The notes beneath the pieces were generated by a model. That model did not search any database, was not told the DNA's origin, and saw only the letters and a list, made by a program, of their open reading frames with translations. The position numbers were made by a program, and so were the translations under genes. A stretch of DNA of 64,000 nt from Selaginella moellendorffii (Eukaryota; Plantae; Lycopodiophyta): NCBI RefSeq assembly GCF_000143415.4, contig NW_003314272.1, positions 902,184 through 966,183 on the forward strand, in the 5' to 3' direction. Positions 53,516 through 64,000 of the stretch are shown here, piece after piece; the first letter of the stretch is position 1; each line of letters opens with the position of its first letter.

Positions 53516-53559
53516 TACAGGAAGTATCGCGGGAGATTGAGAGTGACTGCGGGAATAGA

Positions 53560-56500
53560 ATGCCGCCAAGAGTAAGTTTTTCCTCCTTCTCCACTCCCTC
53601 TCCTCCCCGCCCAGCACCGCCGCGCCCACGCCATGCTCTGCGCCGCCACGCTGCGCACACCACGCCATGCTCAGCACCGCCACTGCCCAGGGCTGCCGAG
53701 CGCCGCCCACTGCCATGCCACGCCCAGCGCAGTGCTGCCTGCCCAACACCGCCACTGCCATGCCGCCGCTGCCGTGCTGCCACTGCCCAGCACCGCCGCT
53801 GCCGTGCCGCCGTTGCCCAGCACCGCCACTGCCATGCCGCCGCTGCCCAGCACCGCCGCTGCCATGCCGCCGCTGCCCAGCACCGCCGCTGCCATGCCGC
53901 CGCTGCCCAGCACCGCCACTGCCATGCCGCTACTGCCGTGCCGCCGCTGCCCAGCACCGCCACTGCCATACCGCCGCTGCCGTGCCGACGCCATGCCATG
54001 CCAGCACTGCGCTGCCTAGGGCCACTGCTGCCCAGCACCGCCGCTGCCAAGTGCCCAGGCCGGGCATTTGGGTGGGCACTCCGCCTAGGCCGGCCAAGTC
54101 CACGCAGGCTGGCCAAGGCACTTGGCTGGCAAAGGCGCCAAGTGCTTGCGCCAAATGCCCACGCTGGGCATTTGGTTCGAGCCAGCTAAGTCCAAGCGCC
54201 AAGGCCAACAGCCCGCGAGCCGGCCTTGGCGCTTGGAGGTGGACCGGTTCGCCAGCGAACCGGCCCGCCTCCAAGGGCCAAGGCCGGTGCGCACCAAGTG
54301 CCGGGCCCAGGCATTTGGCCCGAGCCGGCCTTGGCACTTGGAGGCGGACCGGCGCCCGCACCAAGCGCCGAGGCCAACAGCCCGCGAGCCGGCCTTGGCG
54401 CTTGGAGGAGGGCCGGTTCGCCAGCGAACCGGCCTGCCTCCAAGTGCCAAGGCTGGCTCGCGGGCAGTTGGTCTTGGCGCGGGCCGGCCAAGGTGCTTGG
54501 GGGAGGCGTGCACCAAGCCCACGCCCTGTTCCCCTCTTCTTATGCATTTATAATTTATAATGAGTTTTTTTTATTTTCAGAAACGGAAGCAACTACAAAA
54601 GGAGAGGGATGTTGGATCAAAGAGAAGACATGAGGAAGATGAGATCCAGGATGACAATCAAGTTGACCTTCAGATAGAGATTTCCACAGCGACAACTCTA
54701 CCGTCTTCCCAACCACATAGCTCCAATCCACATGCACCCCCACCACAGCCATCGATGCCACCACCACCATTACCACCGCCACCACCGCCACCTTTACCTT
54801 CATCACCACCATTACCACCACCGTCATCACCACCATTACCACCACCACCGTCATCACCACCATTACCACCACCACCGCCACCATCATCACCACCACCAGC
54901 GCAACCATTGTCATCACCACCACCAACGCAACCATTGTCATCACCACCATTGCTACCACAACCACAAATGCCACTACTCTTAACATATTCACAAAATATG
55001 GCAGAAACGAAGCAGTGCCCAAGTGTGCCTGATGGCGGTGTTGGGCCCGAGTCGGGGGCTAGATCTGATAATGGTGCTACTGGAGGTGTAGCTGAAAGAG
55101 AAGTGGAGCTACCTGAACACATTGTCGACAAGCGCTTCCAAGAGACAGTTTTGAGAACTAAAGAGAAGGCCATTCACACGACTCTGGAGTCTCTCAAGTG
55201 GGAAGGCCCGGGGCACATGATCCAAGAAATCCCACTATGTCGATTCACTCAGACAAGCATCGTTCGGTCTGCTTCACCGCACTTCGTCAACATGGACATC
55301 TATAGTCTGTACAAACAGAATGGCCTTGGGACAAACATAGGTATGTTCCTTGTTTCGGTTTTCAAGCCAGGAACGACAAATACCCTCTCGGTGTCACCGG
55401 AAATCGAGAGGGATTGGGATGACATTTGGAAAATGAAGTCCCGCGAATTTGACAACAAGCTTATGAGCCATCCTGAGACTCAACAATTTGTGGGGAAAAT
55501 GTTCTACATTATCGACGGGAATCATCGCTGGTGCGCGTGGATGAAGTGCATCCGAGAATGCTTCCGAGACGATCCTATCTATCACATCAATATTCCGGTT
55601 GGACATGTACACGCGAGAGGATCTCTAGATTTGGCAAGGCTTGTGATAGCTTGCCACAAAATTAATGCGTAAGTACCTCTCCTTCTTCAATCACTTTTAA
55701 CAATTTATGTTTTGCAGACTGGGACAGTTTGCAGTGCAGAAACAAAGCCTAGTACATGATATCGAGCAGATCCAGTTTCTTGCCAATCTCGACGAGGATG
55801 CAGTCTGCAGCCACTATGGTGATGATTTAGCATCACTTATTCGACATCAACGAAGTCGTCAGGATGCCAATAGATGGTACAAGAATCCAGTGGCTTTTAT
55901 GACAGTTGTGTGGAGTAAGGTATGTTCTTTTAAGTATACTTCTTATCATAGAATGTTTGTGTTGTCTTCAGCCATTGGTGAAGGTTAAGCAAGATGCATA
56001 TGCACAGTCGCATCGAGCTGAAAATGATCAAGAACTCTCAGAGCATTTAGCTGCAATTGACAAGAAAATCAATAGCACAAAGAAGACAAAGGTAAAGAAA
56101 TTACTTAGTGTGGCTGACCCTCGACGCCCAAAGGAGTGGTTCGATATTATAACAGAGATTGCTTGTCATGAAAGTAAGTATTGTTTATATTTACATGAAG
56201 GTTCTCACAAAAGTTATTTTTTAGTGGGCAAGACTCCAGATGAGATTATTTACAACATCTCAAAGTCAAAGCTTACATATGAGGAACAGATACACATTCT
56301 GAACGACCTCAATAGCAGACTCAGGGAAGGAGAAAAAGGTTTGGACAGTATGATGGAAACTGTGATGAGGAGGACCATCTACATTTCACAAACTGTATAT
56401 GAAGGGGAGATGTTTCTAGCGCCTTTCATAGGGGATGATCCTGAGCAACTTCCATTTAAGGACTTCGTCACCATTGAGCTTACAAAACTTGGAGAGGACT

Positions 56501-58168
56501 GGCTGCCAAAGAAGGCCACAAGCACGACTCCATTTGATAAACAACTTGGCCAACCTTACTTCATGCGTCGAGCGGCTTTCAGGTAACATACAATTTCTCA
56601 ACTATACTCAATTATTTATATTCTATTATAGGTATCTCCAATATAGAAGCGTTCCTCTCGAAACACCGGTATGCACACGCCTCCTGAGGCATGGTGTGAG
56701 AGATGGAGGCATGTACCCGACAACAATGAAGTTTCCAGCAGCAATAAAGCGCGCTTGTCCTTGGGAATTGGAGATGCCAGATTATGAACCAACCCACCAT
56801 GAGGCTGCAAGAGGCAACAATGATGACGAAGATGATGGCCATGAGAATGTCGACCCTGTTGGTGCCAATGGCGAGCAGAGTGAAGATGGCGGTGAGAACG
56901 AGATTCTTCGAGACGAAGTCGAGCAAGAGAACCAGAACGTCCAAGAAGTTCTACCTCGACGAAAGCGAGCAAATCCACATCTGGAGGAATTAGTCAACAG
57001 TGATGATGATCGTCCAAGACGTCCCCGTAACCGAGGAACTTCTCGAGGTATATTTCTTTTTATTCTCTCCTTTTCTTAGTTCCTCAAATGGTTGCAGCAA
57101 AAACTGTCGGGAGTAACTTCATTCCAGCTCGTCTTGATGCTCGAGAAGAGGACTTGGAGGAACTTACATCTACCACACGCCACATGACGGTATGTAAATT
57201 TTTTTTAAATTTACATCTTATCTTTGTCTTCTCCCCCTAGATTCGCCTTGTATCTCCAGTGGCATTCCGTGGTGAAGTTGGGATCTTTATTGGCTCCTAT
57301 AGTTCATTGATGGCATCTTTTGAGGAGGATGCTGAGAATATGGCTATCCAGCAAAAGTGGGAGCGCTTTTGTCAGAAGATCCATAGGCGACCGCTCAAGA
57401 GCACAAACTTCATGCTCTTTGACATGCCAGATGGTCTTCCAGACGCTAATGGTGATGTCCCAAGCTGGAACAACCTGACTAAAGACCACTTGAAGGATGC
57501 ATTCCTTTTGGCAGCAATTCTCCTTCACACAACCGGTCAAGTTGCCTTCATTCTCCCGAATGACCCCCATTGGATGTCCTGCCTTATGAGGTATGCAAGT
57601 CGAGTCAACTTCAAGAGGTTCTCTTCCGGATGCATCATGGATAGTGTTGGGGTCGAGACCAAAGGTGTCCTAGGCATGCCAGAGAAGGTAAGAAATCATT
57701 TTCTGTTTTGGTTGTCTCTAAAGTTTTATTATTCAGGTTATGATGTGGACCTACCATGTGTTTTGCAGAAAAGAAAATGACGGTTTTCGTGATAGCGAGC
57801 GTGCTGCAAGGGTTTTGCCAGGGTATGACAACTTTACTGACATCATACCAAATCTCATAGACGACGACATCCGCAACACATTGTCTGGGTATCGGTTCCG
57901 ATCTCCATCGGCGATGCATGTCCTACTTGAGCTTTATTGCCCAACTAGAGGTGTTGTCATCGATTGCACAACAGGTAGTGGTTCGATGGTCGAAGCAGCA
58001 CGTGACTCTGGTAGATCGGTGTTTGCGATTGAAGAACATGAGTTCTTCAAACGCCGTCTTCGAGGTTTTCGTCCTTCTCTATCAGTTGCTTCTAGGAGGT
58101 ATGCAATGTGTAAATTGAGGAGTGGTATGAAAAATCAATTTATTAATGATACATTAAAAGACAATTGA
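53560..58168 (+). CDS. ParB/Srx-like domain fused to a beta-class N4C/N6A DNA-methyltransferase-like domain, ~1080 aa, 9 predicted exons
   Basis: Exons 53560-53571, 54581-55668, 55718-55919, 55972-56173, 56225-56582, 56632-57047, 57098-57189, 57241-57687 and 57737-58168 join in phase with no stop. The protein begins MPPRKRK, then a poly-Pro tract, FYIIDGNHRW, NFMLFDMPDG and LLELYCPTRGVVIDCTTGSGSMVEAARDSGRSVFAIE. The 3' end may have a further exon. Confidence 0.8.
53600..54520. repeat. GC-rich tandem array plus hairpin cluster in predicted intron 1
   Basis: ~30-bp unit GCCGCCGCTGCCCAGCACCGCC(A/G)CTGCCAT (53750-54050); stems TCCAAGCGCCAAGGCC/GGCCTTGGCGCTTGGA (54191-54237, again ~54361-54406) and CCGGTTCGC/GCGAACCGG. 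Confidence 0.9.
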
Positions 58169-58792
58169 ATGCAATGAAAAAGATGTGTCACATGTCAATG
58201 TGATAATGATTGTGACACTGACAGTGTCAGTGCAGCAGATAGCGACAGTGATAGTGTCAGTAACAGAGACAGTGTCAGTGTCAGAGATGACAAAGTTACA
58301 GTGTCAGTCAGTCAAATTTCATAATTACTAGTATTATCAGTTTATTATCTATAGGTAATACAATTTTGNNNNNNNNNNNNNNNNNNNNNNNNNNNNNNNN
58401 NNNNNNNNNNNNNNNNNNNNNNNNNNNNNNNNNNNNNNNNNNNNNNNNNNNNNNNNNNNNNNNNNNNNNNNNNNNNNNNNNNNNNNNNNNNNNNNNNNNN
58501 NNNNNNNNNNNNNNNNNNNNNNNNNNNNNNNNNNNNNNNNNNNNNNNNNNNNNNNNNNNNNNNNNNNNNNNNNNNNNNNNNNNNNNNNNNNNNNNNNNNN
58601 NNNNNNNNNNNNNNNNNNNNNNNNNNNNNNNNNNNNNNNNNNNNNNNNNNNNNNNNNNNNNNNNNNNNNNNNNNNNNNNNNNNNNNNNNNNNNNNNNNNN
58701 NNNNNNNNNNNNNNNNNNNNNNNNNNNNNNNNNNNNNNNNNNNNNNNNNNNNNNNNNNNNNNNNNNNNNNNNNNNNNNNNNNNNNNNNNNNN

Positions 58793-58993
58793 CTTTTGTA
58801 GCACATCTAGAACATTATCTGGAAGAGGGATCTCTTGTTCAGTCACACTTGGGGCTACAAAAGAAAAGGCCTCACAACGATTGATGTATGGAGGGAAGGG
58901 TGGAATGTTGGTAGAAGTTGGAGACGGAGGTGGAGACTCATATGAGATGCATGGGGGCCAAGTGTGAGTAGCAATAGCATTTTCCCTAGCCAT
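58793..58993 (-). CDS. Cargo ORF, paralog of 59252-59818 (runs into an N gap)
   Basis: SYESPPPSPTSTNIPP..CEAFSF...VTEQ aligns with SYESPPPSPISTNNPP..CEALPF...ATEQ. Confidence 0.55.
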
Positions 58994-59251
58994 TCCTACA
59001 CTCTAAACAAACTGAAATTTCAATGTTGAAAGCATCCCTTGTTGGTATTTATACTAAGAAAAGATCTAGGGGTTCTTGAAAGTTTAAATTGTCAGTCTCA
59101 AAAATGGGACTTCAGAATTATAACAGTGTCAGAACCACTTGTATATATAATAATATCTTTATACATGCTAGAATAATATCATTCTCGAAAATATAAGATT
59201 CTCCACTTTACTCATAAAGAATTAACCTTTTGAAAAAACTATGCATGACTT

Positions 59252-59818
59252 TCACATTACATTAAAGGGTGGCCTAAATATCCCATATTTAGCACTTACT
59301 GATGCAGTGTTCACCAATGGAATATTGTTCTCCACCATGAAATCATAATAGCTGTGTGTTTTTAATTCTTTCTTGATTTTCTTATACATCCACGCGTGCA
59401 CACCTTCCAAACCCGCTCTTGGGCATTTGTGACAATGCTCAATAAAATTTACCAAACCCATGCAACCATCTGTCTTGTTTAAATAAAAGTTGCATATAGG
59501 ACACTGAAGATAATATGTATCTACATTAAGCTCCCCTGCCATATCTGGAGCAAGATCTTGAAGAAAATATTGACATCGCTCTTGAAGCATTGGAGGCAAT
59601 CCAAATTTTTTAACAACATCATAAGGAAGGAGTTTTTGTTCAGTTGCACTCGAGGTCGCAAATGGAAGAGCCTCACAACAGCCCTCAAAATGAAAAGGAG
59701 GATTGTTGCGTAGAGGTGAAGGTGGATTATTGGTTGAGATTGGAGATGGAGGTGGAGACTCATATGAGAGGCCTTCGGGACCAAAAGTAAACTTCTTCCT
59801 AACCATTGCAACACACAA
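59252..59818 (-). CDS. Cargo ORF with a Pro-rich N-terminus and a putative CxxC..HxxxC zinc finger
   Basis: Open 188-aa frame in AT-rich DNA; YLQCPICNF..NFIEHCHKC..H. True start is uncertain. Confidence 0.6.
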   Translation of the reverse strand: MCVAMVRKKFTFGPEGLSYESPPPSPISTNNPPSPLRNNPPFHFEGCCEALPFATSSATEQKLLPYDVVKKFGLPPMLQERCQYFLQDLAPDMAGELNVDTYYLQCPICNFYLNKTDGCMGLVNFIEHCHKCPRAGLEGVHAWMYKKIKKELKTHSYYDFMVENNIPLVNTASVSAKYGIFRPPFNVM

Positions 59819-60247
59819 GAAGAATTAAACTTCCTAGCAATAAGAATTCTCTCATTAATATATTATATTTCAATCTCGGGAATGATGTTTTATTATGACA
59901 TGACACTATAGTGAATGATAATTGTCAGTCTTAGTAATTACAACCTACTATGAGAAACAAGTGGCTATAGGGTTTCAGAAGCTAAAAACTAGCATATAAT
60001 TAATATGTAGCCTTATTTTATATAGTTGGCCTGCCATATATAATAATAGCGAATATACACAAGCACGCGAGTATGCCTTTTTGCAAGATTACCTTTCAAT
60101 CCCAAAATCATATATAGATTTAATTCTTTGATTTGTCTACATCATATATCTTTGGAAAGACAAAACATATCAAAAGGAATAAGATATATATAAAAAACTT
60201 ACATTTTTTTATAATATTTTAGTGGATTACAAAAGCCATTGAAAGGT

Positions 60248-60493
60248 TTATAGAGTGGATTTATTAGTGCTTTCCGCTGTGCTGTCCATTTCTTCTTTTC
60301 TCTTGCTCTGGATTGTTGTTTCAGAAGTAATAGGAGCATTTTTATCAATAGTGACAGTGGTTTCCACATTTCCGGATGGGTAATAAGGACCAAGCGTGTA
60401 ATATGGAGATTGTGGTAGTGAAACAAAATTCACATTCTCACATTTCTGTATGCTAGAACTACTTACAGATTTTTTGTCTTCCTTGCTTCCCAT
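60248..60493 (-). CDS. 81-aa microprotein, homologous to 12553-12810
   Basis: ATG-initiated; shares the SPYYT and KNAP.TSETTIQSK motifs; TAGGGTTT immediately upstream. Confidence 0.65.
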   Translation of the reverse strand: MGSKEDKKSVSSSSIQKCENVNFVSLPQSPYYTLGPYYPSGNVETTVTIDKNAPITSETTIQSKRKEEMDSTAESTNKSTL

Positions 60494-63400
60494 CTCTGTA
60501 AACCCTAAAGAATGAACGAGTGAATCAGTGTTTCGAATTATTTATATATTTCTGGTCAATTGTTGAAATGTTAAAATGTTGAAATGGACAATAGAAATTT
60601 TCTGGTTCATTCGAACTTCAATATTCCCATTTTATTTGGGACCAATAAAGCCCAAAAATTTCTATGGGTTCAGACGAACTTCTAATTCTAGAAATTGTAT
60701 AGAAAGATTCAAAAAATAAAAATCTCTCTGAACCATTGATACTTAAACTCATAAATTTCAAGTTCACCAAAGAATAACATTTTTCTGACTTAATATTTCC
60801 TTATAAAACTTATGGTTGACTATGTTGACTAGCATTGACTTGAGCTGAATTGAGCTCAACTCATGAGCTCAACTCAACTTTAGACCATCCCCCAACCTGA
60901 AAAGGATGTTAACTTTTGGAGCTAAGGCAATTGAGTTGAATAGAGTCTAGAGTTGGTGTAGAAAAATTGTTATTGCGCTTTTCTAGAAAGGTGCCTTTTT
61001 TTTATAGCATTATGCTTGGTGGTAGATTGCATCTTCGTTAAAACTTTATGATAGTAATGAACTCTCACTCATCATAACTTGGTCTTAGTGGCTTGCGCCT
61101 TTGCTAAGGATGGTGATATTCAACTTAGTTGTTTGAGGTTAAAATGTTAGTACTTGTATTATAGCTTTGTCTATGAAGAGATTGTATTATCTCATGGTCT
61201 TCACTTTAGTTTCAATTAAATATTGATTATACATAGCTAGCCTTTTCAAGGCATGCTTAGAGCTATTGACTATATGTATTGGTGAGTTTATCACGGTTGA
61301 GTTGGATTCGAGTGGTCATTTAGTTTGTGCTTATCTATGAACCTTTATCTTGTACCTGAGATATTACGTTCATGTTAGACAAATATATGACTTGATGATG
61401 TGAGTTTAGTGTCTAGGTCTTGTGAAGGCAAGTTGAAGAGTGATTGTTAGTTTTTTTGCGACTAGTGATTATTTGTAGACTTTGTAAAGGATTGTTGACA
61501 CTTGCTTTGCTCCATAATGATTAAGCAGTGATGGGTTTACTTTACCAGATGGTGTTGCAGAGGATCGTGTCATTAAACTTACATGGGTTTTCCATGTTGT
61601 CATGTCAACTCTACATTTGTCGATATTATTTGGTTACATTTAGTTCATTCGTAGTGTTAGATTTCATTGAGTTTTGGATGTGGTGAATCACTCCTTGATG
61701 ATGTGTTGTCTATAGCTAAGTATTGTTGAAGAACTAATCTTGGATACTAAGTATAGTATCTTTAACTTTGGTTAGCCTGGTTGCTAAAAAGCTTTGAGTG
61801 GTAATTCCCACTTGCTTTCTATTAGCTTTGTTATACTGCTGATGGCATTAAAGTAATGCCTTATCATTGACATTATTGATATTGAGATTCAAGTGAGATA
61901 AAATATCTCTCTGTAAGATTGATATTAAGTTTCATTAATTTTGATGTCAATAATATTGATGATTTTGGCTGTAGCTTTGTGTTATTAGCATTTGTGCATT
62001 TGCTAGGTAGCAACTATATTAATGTTCAAACAAACTAAGTGGCAAGTTTAAGTTATTTGTGTTTTAGACAAAATTGTTTAGTAGGGGTTGAGATTTAAGC
62101 TTTTCTTTGAAAGGTGATTTAGTCATGGACAATGTTAACTTTACAAGCAGAAGAGTTAGTGATCGATATTAGAATGTTTGAATCCTTATTGAATTTGATT
62201 TGGAATATATTAATCATTGATGATTCTTTTTGTNNNNNNNNNNNNNNNNNNNNNNNNNNNNNNNNNNNNNNNNNNNNNNNNNNNNNNNNNNNNNNNNNNN
62301 NNNNNNNNNNNNNNNNNNNNNNNNNNNNNNNNNNNNNNNNNNNNNNNNNNNNNNNNNNNNNNNNNNNNNNNNNNNNNNNNNNNNNNNNNNNNNNNNNNNN
62401 NNNNNNNNNNNNNNNNNNNNNNNNNNNNNNNNNNNNNNNNNNNNNNNNNNNNNNNNNNNNNNNNNNNNNNNNNNNNNNNNNNNNNNNNNNNNNNNNNNNN
62501 NNNNNNNNNNNNNNNNNNNNNNNNNNNNNNNNNNNNNNNNNNNNNNNNNNNNNNNNNNNNNNNNNNNNNNNNNNNNNNNNNNNNNNNNNNNNNNNNNNNN
62601 NNNNNNNNNNNNNNNNNNNNNNNNNNNNNNNNNNNNNNNNNNNNNNNNNNNNNNNNNNNNNNNNNNNNNNNNNNNNNNNNNNNNNNNNNNNNNNNNNNNN
62701 NNNNNNNNNNNNNNNNNNNNNNNNNNNNNNNNNNNNNNNNNNNNNNNNNNNNNNNNNNNNNNNNNNNCATAGCTTTATTATGCTTAATTTTGCATTATAA
62801 AGTTTAACTTATAGATGTGTTAAGAAGGATATTATGGGTTATACCTTGATTTTTTCTTGAGCATTGAAATTAGTTCATGCAAGACTTGTGATTATGTTAG
62901 ACAAGACTTAACTATAAGCTTCTTCAAACTTTTGGTTCCTTGAGCTTTCATGCTTATGGTCCATTTGTTAGAAATTGTTGAGGAAAGCATTTTGGCTTAT
63001 TAGTTTCAATGTTGAAGTTGGCTTTTGCATCTTGCAATCATTAGTGATGATTGATTATCAACTAGGATAGTTAATTATCCTTGTCAAAAGTTTTGCTTAA
63101 TTATTGTTGATTTAGAATGATTTGTTGTTCTTCGGGATGGTGAATTCTTTCTTCGATAATGATTATGCATCTCTCTATTAATAGGATGATTGATGATCTC
63201 TCATGATAGTTAATTGTCCTCTTTAATAGCTCATGGCTTTTCATAATACCAAATATTCTTTATGGTTTGCTCTAGATTGGTCTTTTGGGTTTGAGATATT
63301 AGTAGGATGTTGTTGACACTCCTTGAGCAACTTTGATTCCTTGGTATTATTGCCCAGGATCTATATAGATTAACTAATGCGATAGTTGGCATGAACAAAT

Positions 63401-64000
63401 GTTTGTTGGTCTTGTCATCTGATAAACAAGTATTAGAGTATAGGAACCACCAAGATCAACATAATTGGAAAACATAAGATTCACTATCTAACAAAATTCA
63501 ATAGTAAGTATGTCATCAAGTAAACTCAATGAGAAAATTGAATTACCAAAGATTGCAAATAGAATGCTAAACAATTTACAAAAGATAACTCAAAGAACAC
63601 AAAATATTATTGACTGGCAAACAAAATGTTTGCGAATGTATTGCCCAAATGAAATAACATCAAATTTTATGGAATCTATCACCCAAAGGAAATAACATTC
63701 AATCTATTAGAACCAACTATAGCAACAATCAATAGAATAGAATAAATGTTGTAACTTACTTGAAATACTTTTGTCTTCTAATCTAAGATTTATTCATTGA
63801 TAATTAAGTCTCTAAGATATCATTGTCTTTGATTTTAATATTGCATTTATTGATCTTTGAGTTTGGGCCAGTATAGGTAAACTGCCTTCAGCACTTCGTG
63901 TGTATAGTGAAATCTCTAGTCATGAGGTAGGGGGAGGGGGGGTTATCTAGTGGAGTATCTATATCCTCACATTATGCCACCGGTATGCTAAAATAGCGCT

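Larger units (their letters stand above)
48788..60892. mobile_element. MULE family copy A, full-length 12.1 kb
   Basis: Exact 8-bp TSD CAACCTGA (48780-48787 and 60893-60900); imperfect termini GAGCGTGGACCATACTTGAG / rc GGGGATGGTCTAAAGTTGAG; 27/28-bp subterminal inverted repeat GAGTTGAGCTCA(C/T)GAGTTGAGCTCAATT. Confidence 0.9.

Noticed and set aside
53478-54633. Many overlapping Ala/Pro/Arg-rich ORFs
   Set aside because: By-products of a stop-poor GC repeat array inside a predicted intron.
54730-54970. Extensin/formin gene or His-rich protein
   Set aside because: The (CCA)n-type tract is a Pro-rich linker within exon 2; the alternative frames are artefacts.
53560-58168. Bacterial or phage contamination as the source of the ParB-MTase
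   Set aside because: The gene has spliceosomal introns and an NLS-like start, lies within a TSD-bounded plant transposon, and has a decayed paralog nearby.
48788-60892. hAT or Zisupton assignment based on the 8-bp TSD and SWIM domain
   Set aside because: The catalytic core shows the MULE pattern (D..D, CxFH, N..ES.H) and lacks hAT or KDZ motifs.
58345-62807. Poly-X ORFs across N runs
   Set aside because: Assembly gaps, not coding evidence.

Overview
Repeat-dense, gene-poor land-plant-type nuclear DNA with four N gaps and no ordinary host gene. The clade is uncertain; the ~50-60 bp GT-AG introns hint at a non-seed plant. Most of the window is nested, C->T/G->A-eroded Ty3/gypsy retroelements (chromovirus-like), TRIMs and one hAT element. 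The main finding is a 12.1-kb Mutator-like (MULE) DNA transposon at 48788-60892 with imperfect TIRs and an exact 8-bp TSD (CAACCTGA). It encodes a spliced GCM-like/DDE/SWIM transposase and, divergently, an apparently intact 9-exon ~1080-aa gene. That gene fuses a ParB/Srx-like domain to a beta-class N4C/N6A DNA-methyltransferase fold whose motif IV is non-canonical. The element also carries small cargo ORFs. Two older, diverged relatives lie in the same window: 36750-43433 has both genes, and 1-1047 plus 19760-20489 is a split transposase copy. A second, unrelated ~6-kb module (6808-12856) holds an FCP1/NIF HAD phosphatase, a Sola/DUF7869-like transposase and about ten dispersed 20-bp palindromes, and sits where the RT-RNaseH of a gypsy element should be. 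It shares a homologous ~80-aa microprotein ORF with the MULE. All domain calls are from motif recognition by eye; no database search was run.
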